The notes beneath the pieces were generated by a model. The model was not told where the DNA came from. It ran no database searches and saw only the letters and a program-made list of their open reading frames with translations. Below, in pieces: positions 26,700 to 41,541 of a stretch of 64,000 bases of DNA. Numbering within the stretch: position 1 is the stretch's first letter; the number at the start of each line of letters is the position of its first letter. Source of the stretch: the human T2T-CHM13v2.0 reference genome, Homo sapiens; NCBI RefSeq assembly GCF_009914755.1, contig NC_060925.1, one strand, 5' to 3'. A program made the translations under genes and the position numbers.

Positions 26700-26945
26700 T
26701 AAAAATAGTATCACCCACCTATTTCCTGAGCATCTACTCTGTACCAACACCGTATAAGATGCTTTACATGCATCAGCTTCCTCAATCCTCTCTATAATTC
26801 CTAAACTGCATATTTTATCTTAATCTTACAATTGAGGAAAAAGAATCTCAGAGAGGTGAAGCAACCTTCCCAAGGCCACACTGTTCATTCACGGCCAGGA
26901 CTGGATACCAGGCTTTTCAGACCTTGAAGTGCCTACTCTTTCCAC
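26700..26945 (-). mobile_element. MIR
   Basis: 'tttcctgagcatctactctgtacc...aatctcagagaggtgaagcaaccttcccaaggccacac'. Confidence 0.75.
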
Positions 26946-27419
26946 TGATGGAAGGAGGAGGATTCCTTATTGACTATCTATGGATGGGCCAGAATATAAC
27001 TTTATTGGATCAGAAAGGCAGTGATGGAGGTAGGCAATGGAAGTTCTTGCAGGAGACACCCTGCAAGAGCATTGGAAGCTGCCTGACCATTGGAAGCCAG
27101 GAGAAAATTAAGAATCAGCAGTGGGGAGGATTGCCAGCAATTGGAAGACTGAAGGGTGAGTCTGAATATAGGGCAGTTTCAAGATTTATGCAAAATAGCA
27201 TCTTTATTCAGGGCTGCCAAGTTGGGCCACTACCACATAAAGGTGTCTTTGTAAGCTCAGTTTTGAAACTAAAATGAACCTCAATGGCCGGGATAAATCA
27301 ATAGCTCAATGACCCCTGGCCTAGGGAATTCCCACCACCCTAAGTGAATCTCCCCTTCTCACCTGTACAGTGTCACAGTCGATGAAAAATTAAAATTTTT
27401 TAAATTGTATTAATATTAT

Positions 27420-27625
27420 TTATAATGTAATACTGTTGTGACTATCATATATTGAGTTTCTCTACTAGGTGATGGGCAGGGGACTAGGCACTTTATATAA
27501 AATTATTTAATTTAACTCTCATAATAAATAAAATCAATATCATTATCCCTTCAGAGGTTTAGGAAGCTGAAGCACTTAAACCAGTTGCATGGTAAGTGGC
27601 AGAATAAGGATCTGAACAGGAAGTC
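27420..27625 (-). mobile_element. MIR
   Basis: 'ctaggcactttatataaaattatttaatttaactctc...ggtaagtggcagaataaggatctgaac'. Confidence 0.65.
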
Positions 27626-28254
27626 CTGAGGAATACATTATACGAAACTGTGGATATAAGGAACTAGGTATCTTGAATAACTGAAAACAAATAACAATCA
27701 AAAAACGCAAGAAAACCTTTACCTTACTTCCTCCCCAAAGGGGAAAACTCCAGTGATGTTAAACAATCAGATTTATATCTAGCTAAGAGTTTTCAGCATA
27801 GCAGTAACAGTTCTAAGAATCTTTTTTGATTTTCTGAATCTAAAGCAATTGCACTCTAGTTTATAGCATCTAAAAATCCAACTTTCTTTCATTCTTTTAT
27901 ATCCATAAGTAGAGCCAAGTAGGAGAGACAAGGAATGTAAAATAATAGAACTTTATTGGTCTCACCATAACTCAAGTGGATTTTAAAGCACACTGCCATT
28001 GTTTAAATACCAACACCATTGCCCAACTTTGTCTCTCTCTGTATGGACTGGTCATCTTCTGCTCCATTCTTAAAACATACCTCCCATATCACTTTCTTGG
28101 GGAAGTCATGTCCTCAGGGACGAATCACCCATTTCATTCTACCCCTCCTATACCTACCCATTGTTGAAGTGATGACAACATCTAGAGCTCATCTGCCATA
28201 ATATCTGCCATGTTATTTTCATTATGCATCTTCTGCCGACTCTAGGACCACATC

Positions 28255-28382
28255 TTCTTTTCTCTTTGTTTCTTTTCTTTTTATTCCTTTCCTTTCCTTT
28301 CTCTCTCTCTTTCCTTCCTTCCTTCCTTTCTCTCTGTCTTTCTCTCTCTTCCTTTCTCTCTCTCTCTGTCTCTCTCCCTCTC
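28255..28382 (+). repeat. CT-rich polypyrimidine tract
   Basis: ~125 bp almost entirely C/T (TTCC and TC units). Confidence 0.9.
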
Positions 28383-29724
28383 AATGCATGGCTCACCTAT
28401 CAATGAAAGAAGGAATAAATTAATACATTCTTTATTAGTACTCGAGCCTGGTTTCCCTATTAATCCAGAGTACTGCTTTATGCCAAACAAACCCACATCC
28501 ATACTTTTAAATTGTAATTTAGCCAAAACAAATAATGTGAAATTATGTGTGTATTCCTTAGGTTAATAGTTACAACCCAAGGGCCTCCACAAGCATTCTA
28601 GTCAAGAATATGTACTACAAAGGTGATCAGCCAGCATCATACCAAAGAGATTATACTCCTGAGGCAGCTACTAGAGCAATAGTTTGAATCCATCCCAAAG
28701 CTTCATTATTTTTAGCAAAGTAAATGCCATAAGTGTTTTTAATTGGTGAAATTGATGGTTGGCTAGCATGATGTCTGTTAGAAATGGTCTTTCATTGGTG
28801 AACTGCATTAAAATTGGCAAAAATATTTGAGTGATTTCCCCACATTTTTACATTTGTACTCTCCTCACTCTGGCCTAACAGGATATAAGATTTCAGGAAG
28901 GCCTATAGTCTAAGAATGGTGCTAAAATGTTTAGCTCTAAATGTTCCTAAGCATTGGCTAAGAGAGATGATTCTCGATGGCTGGTGTTGACTTTAAGGGT
29001 CACAAACCCCTGCCTCTAGAAAGTTGTTATGTTTACCTCAGGGTAAATAAAAAATCTTTTATTCAAAATGGTGTTTACAGCACCTGAAAAGACAAAGATC
29101 TGGAGCTTGATCAACTATAGAAAACATATGCGTGAACTCTTTGGTGTCAGCTTGCCAATGATGTATTTGTTTTTTTTAAAAATGTTTATAGGTATGGAAA
29201 AATTTGGTCTGAGATTAGCTTTCAGGATAAACTGGTAGCAAAGTTAGGGGACAGCAGCTAGTGCTCTGCCACCCCGAACTTTTTAGACCTATTATTTTCT
29301 GCCAAGAAGATTCCAAGATGTGGGTTTGACCCAACTGGCTTAAGTTATTTTCTAAAACATGACCTCAGCATCTTGCTATAACTAACCAAGACAATTTGCA
29401 CATACGAAGTACATTTTCTGTATGGAGAAATAAATGTTTATCCAAAGTGCATGGAAGCAAATTAGTGCCCCCACTGAAAATTGCCAGATTGTTTTAAACA
29501 CAATCCAGTTCTGTCAGTTGAGGATTTTTACACTTGCTAATGCAAGGTTCCTTTGCCTTTATGAGCAACAGATTCAAGATAATAATAGTGGACTTCTCTC
29601 CAAAATCTGGTCCCATATTACACAAGTTGGCCTTTTCCTCTCTGTTGTTTTACAAAAGTGCTTGCAAAGTGTCACATGCTAAAATTCCCTCCCCTCTAAA
29701 AAGACTTCTGTGGTTATATAATCA

Positions 29725-30385
29725 CAACTTTTAGTTGCAAATAATTGAATCCATACTAGCTAATTTGAACAAAAAAAGTTTTAATGAAATGATGTTAGAT
29801 AACAATGTGAAATGCTAAAATGTAGCCAGTGGAGATATCTAGCCATACCATAGATCTGGCCCATAGGACTCTTCTAGTGCAATGCCTCTCAAACTTTAAT
29901 ATGCACACACATCTGCTGGGACATGGTTAATCCAGATTCCAATTCTGTAGGTCTGACATATGTCCTGAGCTTCTTCATTTCTAACAAGCCCTCAAGTGAT
30001 GCCAATGCTACTGGTCTGTCAACTACATGTTTGGTAGTCAGACTAGCAGATATCCCTACTGCCACCACAGCTGCCTGCCAAGAGTACCTATGATGCTAAG
30101 ACTGGACTCCAGAACTTCTGCCTCGTCTTCTCCAGAAGAATAGAATAGTTCTCCATTTTCCCTTTCCAGATGATTCAATCACCCTACTTGGCTGTCTCCT
30201 CTCATTGCCTCTTTTTTCTTCTAGAATTTATTTAAGAATGTTTGCCTGGCATAACCCACGTCACACTCTGCCCCTTAGCTCAAGGCTGTCTGGCAAAGGC
30301 AGTTTTTAGATTTCCAGCCAGCATAGGAAGGCACCCTAGAGAGGGGTTGACATGGATGTTGAGTAAGTCAATGTGCAGTATTTTC
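29725..30385 (-). mobile_element. Old MLT1-type LTR split by a MER5-family element
   Basis: 'ttttagttgcaaataattgaatcc...tagctaatttgaacaaaaaa' start; 'ccccttagctcaaggctgtctggcaaagg...ggatgttgagtaagtcaa' end. Confidence 0.5.
29880..30041. mobile_element. MER5-family hAT MITE
   Basis: 'ctctcaaactttaatatgcac...gattccaattctgtaggtctg...atttctaacaagccctcaagtgatgccaatgctactggtc'. Confidence 0.8.
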
Positions 30386-32731
30386 TAAAATTATTGATAA
30401 TATTAACAATAAGAATAATTGTAGGGAGTGGCCAAGATGGCCGACTGGAAGCAGCTGGTATGCCCTGCTCTCATAGAGAGGAATGGAAAGGGCGAGTAAA
30501 TACAGCACCTTCAACTGAAATATCCAGGTACATGCATTGGAACTAATCAAGGAAACAACCTGGCCCACAGAGAATAGGAAAAAGCACGACAGGACAATGG
30601 TCCACCCAAGAGCAACGTGGAACCAGAGAAACCTACCCCGTCCAGAGAACTGATGAGGGAATGTGCAACCCTGGGAACCCGCATTTTTCCCATGGATCTT
30701 TGCAACCCCAAGGTCAGAAGATCCCCTCATGAACCCACACCACCAGGGCCTTCCGTCTGACACACAGAGCTAATGGAGTTTTGGAGGAGCAGCTACTCAG
30801 GCACATGTGGAGACCAAGGAGCCTTAGATACCCAAGCTTTCTGGGCTTCCCCGCAAAAGCAGCTGCAACTCTGGCAAGCAGGAGGTTAGACTCCTGTACA
30901 TCCTCCTAGGAAAGGGGCTGAATCGAGGGGGCTGAACAGTGACAGTCAGCAGGCCCCGCTTCCACAGCACCTCACAGGATAAGATGCTCTGGCTTGGAAT
31001 TCCAGCCAGCCACTGGTAACAGCATTATACCTCCTCGAGATGAAACTCCCAGGGGGAGGGGCAGGCTGCCATCTTTGCTGTTTGGCTGACTTAGCCATTC
31101 CAGCCTTGGGGCCCTGGAGAGTCTGAGGCAACCAGAGGCCAAAGAGGACCCCCCGCACAACAAAGCTGTTCTACCAAATCCTGGTCAGACTGCATTTTTA
31201 AGCGGTTCTGTGATCCCATTTCTCCTCACTGGGTGTGATCTCCCAAATGGGGTCTCCAGCCACCTCCTACAGGTGCATTTGGGCCTGTGATAAGTCTATG
31301 CCTCCCTGGGATGGAGCTTCCAGAGGGATGGCCAGGCAAACATCTTTGATATTTCGCTAGGTACTAGAAAATCCAAAGCGACTAGAAACTTGAGGGGTCC
31401 CCCAGCATACCACAGCAGCTCTATGGGAAACTGGCTAGACTATTACCTGGGTGCCTGTTCCCATATCTTCTCACCAGGCAGATCATCTAGGCTTGGGCCT
31501 CCAGCCACCCCCTGCTGGGGTTATTAAGCCAATAGCAGCTTTGCAACTCCATTGACAGAGCCCCTAGGGACAACTTAAAGCCCTTCTGCCACTGCCTTTG
31601 CTGGGGAACTGCCCTTGCTACCCTTGGACTAATGAAGAAGTAAAGACCCCAAGTGTCTTATCCATACCTCCAACAAGTTGCAGTTGACCCAAGGAGAGGA
31701 GGCCAGTCCATCTACCACAGGTCTCACCCCCAACTGCACATCACCAGATAGGGATCCCTTAGCTTAGGCCCACAGCACAGACCCTCCATCCTGGGCTGAA
31801 TGTACTGAGCAATTGCTGACCTGCATCTCTCTGTGGTGGCACCCCCAGGAAACAAGCAAAAGACCCTTGGCCACTACCACAACTAAGGTCCCTTTTTTGC
31901 TGCCTCCAAGTTAGGAGAGGAACATAAACCCTGAGATTGCCCCAGAGCAGTAGTGGGCAGCCTAGGAGTACCAAGCTACAATCTACAGCCAGCACTCAAT
32001 GGGGAGAGGAGCCCACACCTTCAGAGCATTGAGAGGGAACACAGCTGCAACTGTGAGGAAACATAAGAGAGCCAAATAACCAAGCAAGAGTCTACCAACT
32101 GACCAATATGCCTAAATGCCACCTACTGGATCACATCCCAAAGCTTCAACATTAAAAATACCTCACTAACATGCCCCCCACCCCCCATGAAACCAAAGAC
32201 AAGAAGTCAGCTTCAAATAAAGACCCTGCACAAAGCCTTGGCCCTGTGAAAAGAATCAGAAAAGAAGTCTATTAACTATACTGAATCTACACTGCAGTTA
32301 AAGGAACACCTACACACAGAGTTGAGAAATAACCAATGAAAGAACTCTGGTAACCCAAATGGCCAGAGTGTCCTCCAAATGACCACACCAATTCTCCAAC
32401 AAGAGCTCTTAACCAGGCTGAGTTGGCTGAAATGATAGAAATAGAATTCAGAACATGTATAGAAATGAAAATCATCAAGATTCAGGAGAACAGCAAAACC
32501 CAGTCCAATGAAACTAAGAACCCCTGCAAGTTTCTACACAAGAAGATTATCCTCAAGACACATAATCATCAGATTTTCCAAGGTCAGAATAAAAGAAAGA
32601 ATGTTAAAGGCAGCTAAAAAGAAAGGACAGGTCACCTGCAAAGGGAACCCCATGAAGGTAACGGCAGCCCTCTCAGCTGAAACTCTACAAGCCAGAAGAT
32701 ATTCGGGGCCTGTATTCAATATTCTTACAGA

Positions 32732-33152
<421 letters not shown>

Positions 33153-33198
33153 TTACTACCAGACCTGCCTTACAAGAAATCTTGAAAAGATTACTAAA

Positions 33199-33515
33199 GG
33201 CTGGGTGCGGTGGGTCCTGGCTGTAATCCCAGCACTTTGGGAGGCCAAGGCAGGCAGATTGCTTGAGGTCGGGAGGTCAATACCAGCCTGGCCAACATGG
33301 TGAAACCCCATCTCTACTAAAAGTGCAAAAATTAGCCAGGCATTTTTGCACATGCCTGTAATCCCAGATACTTTGGAGGCTGAGGCAGAAGAATTGCCTG
33401 AACCCAGGAGGCAGAGTTTGCAGTGAGCCAAGATCACACCACTGCACTCCAGCCTGGGCAACAGAGTGAGACTACGTCTCCAGAATAAAATAAAATAAAA
33501 TAAAATAAAATAAAG
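33199..33515 (+). mobile_element. AluS (Sz/Sx-like), inside L1 ORF1
   Basis: Full dimer with (TAAAA)n tail; degenerate TSD aaagattactaaa / aagaagtactaaa encloses this Alu and the next. Confidence 0.92.
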
Positions 33516-33919
<404 letters not shown>

Positions 33920-33959
33920 TCACACAAACAAACCAGCATAATAACCAGCTAACAACACA

Positions 33960-36900
33960 ATGACAGGATCAAATCTATACACATCCATGCTAACCTTTAA
34001 TGTAAACAGGCTAAATGCCTCAATTAAAAGGCATAGAGTGGCAAGCTGGATAAAAAGGAAGGACCCAAAGGTACACTGTCTTCAAGAGACCTATCTCACA
34101 TGAAATGACACCCATAGACTCAAAATAAAGGGAAGAAGGAAAATCTACGAAGCAAATGAAAAACAGAAAAAAATCAGGGTTTACAATCCTAATTTCAAAC
34201 AAAACAGACTTTAAACCAACAAAGATCAAAAAAGACAAAGAAGGACATTACATAATGATAAAGGGTTCAATTGAACAAGAAGACCTAACTATCCTAAGTA
34301 TACATGCACTCAACACAGGAGCACCCAGATTCATAAAACAAGCTCTTAGAGACCTGCAAAGAGACACAGACTCCCACAGAATAACAGTGGGAGCCTTCAA
34401 CACTTCAGTGACAGTATTAGACAGATAATTGAGGCAGAAATTTAACAAAGATATTCAGGACTTAAGGTCAACATTGGATCAAATGGATCTGATAGACCTC
34501 TACAGAACTCTCTCCTGCTAAGCAACAGAATATACATTCTTCTTATTGCCACATGGCACATACTCTAAAATAGACCATATAGTTTGACATAAAACAATCC
34601 TCAGCAAATGCAAAAGAAGCAAAATCATACCAAAAACATGGTTGGACCACAACACAATAAAAATAGAAGTCAAGGCTAAGAAAATCACTCAAAACCATGC
34701 AATTACATTGAAATTAAATAACATGCTCCTGAATGACTTTTGGGTAAATAACAAAATTAAGGCTGAAATCAAGAAGTTATTTGAAACTAATGAGAACAAA
34801 TATACAACATACCAGAATCTCTGCAACACAGCTAAGGCATCATTAAGAGGAAGATTCATAGCACTAAATGCCCACATCAAAAAGCTGGACAGATCTCAAA
34901 TTAACAACTTAACATCACAACTGAAAGAATTAGAGAAGCCAGAGCAAATCAACCCCAAAGGTAGCAGAAGACAACAAAGCAGAATCAGATATGAACTGAA
35001 GGAAATCAAGACACAAAAAACCATTCAAAAGATCAATGAATCCAGGAGTTTATTTTTTGAAAAAACTAATAAGATAGATAGGCTGCTAGCTAGACTAATA
35101 AAGAAGAAAAGAGAGAAAATTCCAATAAACACAATTAGAAATAACAAAAGGGATGTTACCACTGACCCCACTGAAATAAAAATAACCATCAGAAACTACT
35201 ACAAACACCTCTGTGCACACCAACTAGAAAGCCTAGAAGAGACACATAAATTCTGGACATTTACATCCTTCCAAGACTGAACCAGGAAGAAATTAACTTC
35301 CTAAACAGACAAATAATGAGCTCTGAAATTGAATCAGTAATAAATAGCCTACCAACCATAAAAAGCCCAGAACCAGAAGAATTCATAGCTGAATTCTACC
35401 AGACGTACAAAGAAGAGCTGGTGCCATTTCTACTGAAACTATTCCAAAAAAATTGAGGAGAAGGGTCTTCTCCCCAACTCATTCTATGAGGCTGGCATCA
35501 TACTGATACCAAAACCTGGAAGAAACACAAGAAAAAAAGTAAACTTTAGGCCAATGTCGTTGATGAATCTTGATGCAAAAATCCCCAACAAAATATTTGC
35601 AAACTGAATCCAGTGGCATATCAAAAAGCGAATTCACCATGATTAAGTAGTCTTCATCTCCAGGATGCAAGGTTGGTTCAACATATGCAAATCAATAAAT
35701 GTGATTTATTACATAAGCAGAACTAAAGACAAAAACCACATGACTATCTCAACAGAAGAAAAGGCTTTTAATAAAAGTCAACATCCCTTCATGTTAAAAA
35801 AAAAAAACTCTTAAAAAACCAGGTATTGAAGGAACATACCTCAAAATAATAAGAGCCATCTATGATAAACCTGCAGCCAACATCATATTGAATGGGCAAA
35901 AGCTGGAAGCATTCCACTTGAAAACTGGCACAAGACAAGGATGCCATCTCTCAATGCTACTGTTCAACATGGTATTGGAAGTCCTAGCCAGAGAAATCAG
36001 GCAAGAGAAAAAAAATAAAGGGCATCCAAGTAGGAAGAGAGGAATTCAAAGTATTCCTGTTTGCAGACAACATGAATCTACATCTAGAGGACCCCATAGT
36101 CTTGGCCCAAAAGCTCCTTCAGCTGATAAAAAACTTCAGCAATGTGTCAAGATAGAAAATCAATGTACAAAAGTTACTAACATTTCTATACATTAACAAT
36201 AGCCAAGCTGAAGCCAAATCAGAAAGGCAATCCCATTCACAAATGCCATGAAAAGAATAAATACCTAGGAATACAGCTAACGAAGGGGGTGAAAGATCTC
36301 CACCATAAGAATTACAAAACACTGTTCAAATAAATCAAAGAAGACACAAACAAATGGAAGAACATCCCATGCTCATGGATAGGGAGAATCAATATTATTG
36401 AAAGGGCCATGCTGCCCAAAGCAATGTACAGATTTAATGCTATTCCTATCAAACTACAAATGACATTCTTCACAAAGCTAGAAAAAAACTATTTTAAAAT
36501 TCATATGGGACCGAAAAACAGCCTGAATGGCCAAGGTAATCCTAAGCGAAAAGTAAAGGGTGGAGTCATCACATTACCCAACTGCAAACCATACGACTGG
36601 GCTACAGTAACCAAAACATCATGGTACTGGTACAAAAACAGACACGTGGACCAATGGAACAGAATAGAGAGCCCAGAAACAAGGCCACACACCTATAGCC
36701 ATCTGATTTTTGACTAAAATGACAAAAACAAGCAATGGGGAAAGGATTCCCTATTTAATAAATGGTGTGGGGATAACTGGCTAGCCATACGCAAAAGATT
36801 GAAGCTAGACCCCTTCCTTACACCATATACAAAAATCAACTCAAGATGGATTAAAGACTTAAATATAAAACCCAAAACTATAAAAACCCTGTAAGACAAC

Positions 36901-37764
36901 CTAAGCAATACCATCCTGGACATAGGAACAGCACAAAAAAAGCAATCACAACAAAAGCAAAAATTGACAAATGAGATCTAATTAAGCTTAAGAGCATCCT
37001 GCACAGCAAAAGAAACTATCAACAGAGTAAACAGACAACCTACAGAATGGGAGAAAATATCTGCGAAGTATGCATCTGTCAAAGGTCTACTATCCAGCAT
37101 CTATAAGAAACTTAGACAAATTTTCAAGAGAAAAACAACTCCACTGAAAAGTGGCAAAGTACATGAACAGACACACTTTTCAAAAAAAGATATACATGTG
37201 GCCAACAGCATATGAAAAAAAGCTCAATATCACCGATCATTAGAAAAAGGTAAATCAAAACCACAGTGAGGTACCATCTCACACCCGTCAGGATAGCTGT
37301 TACTAAAAAGTCAAAAAACAACAGATGCTTGCAAGGTTGCTGAAAAAAAGGAATGCATATCACTGTTGGTGGGAGTGTAAATTAGTTCAACCATTGTGGA
37401 AAGCAGTATGGCGATTTCTCAAAGAGCTAAAAGCAGAACTACCATTCTACCCAGCAATCTAATTACTGGGTATATACCCAAAAGAATATAAATCATTCTA
37501 CCATAAAGACACATGCATGCAAATGTTCATTGCAGCATTATTTACAATAGCCAGGACATGGAATCAACCTAAATGCCCATGAATGACAGATTGGACAAAG
37601 AAAATGTGGTACATAACCACCATGGAATTCTATACAGCCACAAGAAAAGGACAAGATTATGTCTTTGTGGGAACATAGTTGAGCTGGAGGCCATTATTCT
37701 TAGCAAACTAACACAGGAACAGAAAAACAAATACCACATGTTCTCACTTAAAAGTGGGAGCTAA
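33960..37764 (+). pseudogene. Disrupted L1 ORF2 (endonuclease / reverse transcriptase)
   Basis: Starts atgacaggatca; ORF-track fragments 34156-34428, 34642-35280, 35888-36196 and 36409-36717 are ORF2 peptide; RT motif reads FADN at ~36060 instead of FADD; many stops and frameshifts. Confidence 0.92.
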
Positions 37765-37993
37765 ATAATGAGAACTCATGAACACAAAGAAAGTAACAAC
37801 GGAAACTGGGGTCTACTTGAGGATGAAAGGTGAGAGGAGGGAGAGGAGCAGAAAAAGTAACTCTTGGGTACTGGGCTTAATACATGAGTGATAACATATT
37901 CTGTGTAATAAACCCCCATGACATGAGCTAACCTACATGACAAACCTTGACTTGTACCCCTGAACCTAAAATTTTTAAAAAATAATAATTGTA

Positions 37994-38228
37994 ATGGTTA
38001 AAATCTATTGCAAGCTTACTGTATACCAGAAATTGTGGTAAATTATTTACTTACACTATTATTTAATCTCCACAAAATCTCCATGAAGTAGGAATTATTA
38101 TTGTCCACTTACAGGTTAGGAAACTAAGAGATAGCTATTAGCTAACTGCCCATGATCACAAAGTTAGTCAATGATAAGGACAGAATTTGAGGTGGTCAGC
38201 CACTGAAGCCCACACTCACTACTATGCT
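37994..38228 (-). mobile_element. MIR, directly beyond the L1 3' TSD
   Basis: 'atttaatctccacaaaatctccatgaagtagg...ttacaggttaggaaactaag'. Confidence 0.75.
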
Positions 38229-38239
38229 CTTCTTCTTCT

Positions 38240-38452
38240 TCAGATAAGACTGGGAAATCATATTCCCTTCTCAGAAATTCACAATACAGTGCACTTCAAA
38301 ACCCTGGAAAATTTCTGCAGTAAAGAAACTTTTTTACCTTGCTTAGTGCAGTATTTCCCAAACATATCTGGGGCATGGAACTTTTTTGTCAAGTAATATT
38401 TATTAACATTGGGCAGAAAATGTTCCACAAAACCAACTTTGGAAAATGTAGT
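38240..38452. mobile_element. hAT-Charlie-type non-autonomous fragment (subfamily uncertain)
   Basis: 'cagtaaagaaac...cagtatttcccaaacat...tgttccacaaaaccaactttggaaaatg' terminus. Confidence 0.5.
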
Positions 38453-38539
38453 CTTAAATAATTTCTTGGCTATAGGCAGACCACGGTTCAGGATTCTAAG
38501 CCAGACAGACCTTGCACTGTCACTTGATACCCTGCATGA

Positions 38540-38674
38540 GTATGTCTCAAACTTTGGTGTGAGTCAGAAGCACCTGGATTTCTGATTCAGTAGGTCTGAA
38601 GAATTTTTCTTCCTAACAAGTTCCCCAGGGATGCTCATGGTGCTAATCCAAGGACCATGCTTTGAGAACTACTG
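38540..38674. mobile_element. MER5A inside a MIR (~38480-38950) that also contains an antisense L2 fragment (~38745-38875)
   Basis: 'tctcaaactttgg...ttctgattcagtaggtctg...ctaacaagttcccc...ggaccatgctttgagaactactg'. Confidence 0.8.
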
Positions 38675-40009
38675 GCCTGGACATCAGGCAAGTCACTGTC
38701 CATCTCGGAGCTTAGGTTTGCTTATTTTTATCTCCTTTGTAGGGTCATCCATTCCTTTATTAGCAAATATTCATGAATGCCCACTATGTGCAACACACGG
38801 TGCTTGGTGCAAGCATACAGTGATGAATCAAGTAGAGAAGGCCCTGCCCTTATGGAGCTTACAGCCTGGCTGTGGTAAGTATATGAGATAATGAAGTGTG
38901 ATATGTGTATCATCACGTATGGTCCATAGAAGGTGTTCACTAAATATTGTTTCCCTTCTTTTCTTCCCGTTGGCTCACCTCCAAATAAATCTTGCCCATT
39001 CCTACATCACTACCTGTATCCATAAATATGAGCTCCATTCTTTCCCCCAACCTAATCATATTAATCTTTTAACCCACAACTCAGAAACCACTTCTTTACT
39101 GATTTCTTCCTTAATTGCCCCATCCCGTGGTTACCGTTTGTTATATGAAACTTCTGTAACACTTATAATCTACTTTATATATAGGACTTCAAATGCAATT
39201 ATTATCTTCCATTTATATGTCTACATCTGTATGTAGATATAGATGCAGCTAGATATATAGATATCCCCAGGAAAATCATAAAAATCCAGAGGGCTTCACT
39301 TCTTATTAACATTTCCAAGTATTCCTGTGGTACCTGCTATGTGCAAGACAGCATAGTATATATTTTTTGCTTCCTCCACAGTGCATTGTTAATCATAAAT
39401 CTTCAGAAAATTAGCACTGTATACTTTACTCATTTAATAAAATTTACTGGGTCCCTATCATTTGGTGCAAAGTGACAGAGATTCAGAGACAAATACAGTC
39501 CCTTTTACATGGAATGCTCCCTGGAATCAGGGAGAATGTTGATTTTACATCTGAATCCTTAATAGCCACACAGTATCTGGCACAGTGAAGGAACTAAACA
39601 CATTTTTCAAAAATGTATAAATAAAAGAATGGTTTGGAATAGCTCACAGACAAATGACTATACTATACAGGGTCAAGAACAATAATAGAAATCCACCCAG
39701 AGCTCTGTTGGATCCTGGAGAAGAGAGTGTCTCTTTCTATAGAGTAGAAGTATTCATAGGAAATAGATAAGATATGTGAACCTGGGGTTGAAATGTGAGA
39801 GAAATTCTCCTATTAAAGAATGAAAGAGAAGCCCATAAGAGGAAATGGTCTTGAAGAAAATGAGTTGTTACCAAAACACCGAAACTAAAATAGCAACTGA
39901 AAGTTATTGCCAAGAGTGCCCAGTTGAGAATAAAGGCAGGCAAGTACCAGTATGGAAAGGCATGGATTATATGCAAAGGAATGTGGATTTTCTTCTCAGG
40001 TAAAGACTG

Positions 40010-40250
40010 CACACTTGAAAGTGTACATTATATTTGCCAGGCCAGATTTTAAATAATTTTAAAGGACTTGAAAATATTAAAAATTATAATATTTTCCACA
40101 ATACAATCACATTTATCACATTTTTTTGCTTGTCTTGAAAAATTGGAAGATCTGGCAATACTGGGCCCACATTTATCATGGCATTCACAGCTGTTGCTAA
40201 GTAGAAGTTGACCCCTTCATTTGTGGTAAGCATGCCTCAGTTTTCCACAC
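40010..40250. mobile_element. MER102-like hAT element
   Basis: 'cttgaaaaattggaagatctggcaatactgggcccacatt'. Confidence 0.7.
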
Positions 40251-40356
40251 ATGTTCTTTATTTTGGATCCATTAATTAATTAATTCTTCATTCATGAGAC
40301 ATTCTTGAGTATCTACCATCTGTCAAACACTTCTCCGGGTTTGCGGTAAAAAGATA

Positions 40357-41541
40357 CAGTTGTGCATCACTTAATTATGGGGATATATTCTGAGAAATGC
40401 ATCATTTGTTGATTTTCTCATGTGAATACCATAGAACGTACTTACACAACCCTAGATGGTATAGCCTACCACACACCTAGGCTATATGGTATGGCCTATT
40501 GTTCCTAGGCAACAAACCTGTATAGCATGTTATTGTACTGAATACTGTAAGTAATTGTAACACAATGTTATGTATTTCTGTATCTAAACATATAAAAGGT
40601 ACAATAAAAATACAATATAAAAGAAAAGAACTGGTACACCTGTATAGGTCACTCACCAAGAAAGGAGCTTGCAGGACTGGAAGTTGCTCTGGATGAGTCA
40701 GAGAGTGATGAGTGAATATGAAGGCCTAGGTCATTACTGTATACTACTATAGATTTTATAAACACTTTATGTTTAAGCTACACTTCATTAAGAAAATTTT
40801 CTTTCTTCAATAAGTAAATTAACCTTAGCTTACTGTAACTTTTTAAACTCTTTTTAGCTTTTTGACTCTGTTGTAATAACACTTAGCTAAAAATACAAAC
40901 ACACTGTTCAACTGTGCAAAAATATTTTCTTTATATACTTTATAAACTTTATTTTTTTAACTTTATACTTCTTTTGTTAAAAAATAAGGCACAAACACAC
41001 ATTAATTTAGGGTCAAGATCATCAATATCACTGTCTTTCACCTTCACATCTTGTCCCACTAGAAGGTCTTCGGGGCAATAACACACATGGAGTTGTCATA
41101 GGAGACAGCATTTCAACATCAGGTTCACATGTCTTACCTACTTCCTGTGAAATTTCCTATGACAGCAATGTCTTCTTCTGAATTACCGCCTGAAGGACCT
41201 GCCTGAGGCTGTTTCACAGTTGACTTTTTTTAAAGTAGGGAATGTACACTCTAAAATAATGATAAATGTATAGTAAATACATAACCAGTAATACAGTTAT
41301 TTATGGTCATTACCAAGTATTATGTACTGTACATAATTGCATGTGCTATACTTTTACATGACTAGCAGTGCAGTAGGTTTGCTCACACCAGCACCAACAT
41401 AAACATGTGATTAACGTGCTGCCCTATGATGTCATGAGGACTACAAAGTCATAAGATGATAGGAATTTTCCAGCTTCATTATAATTTTATGGGACTGTCA
41501 TTGTATATGCAAGCAAAATCTTATTATGCAGTGCATGACTG
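40357..41541 (+). mobile_element. Tigger3 (Tigger3b-like) TcMar DNA transposon, inserted in an antisense L2 (~40270-41970)
   Basis: TIRs cagttgtgcatcacttaat ... ttattatgcagtgcatgactg, TA on both sides; 'gcctaccacacacctaggctatatggtatggcctattg'; ~1185 bp. Confidence 0.9.

Noticed and set aside
34642-35280. Longest ORF in the window (212 aa)
   Set aside because: Fragment of disrupted L1 ORF2
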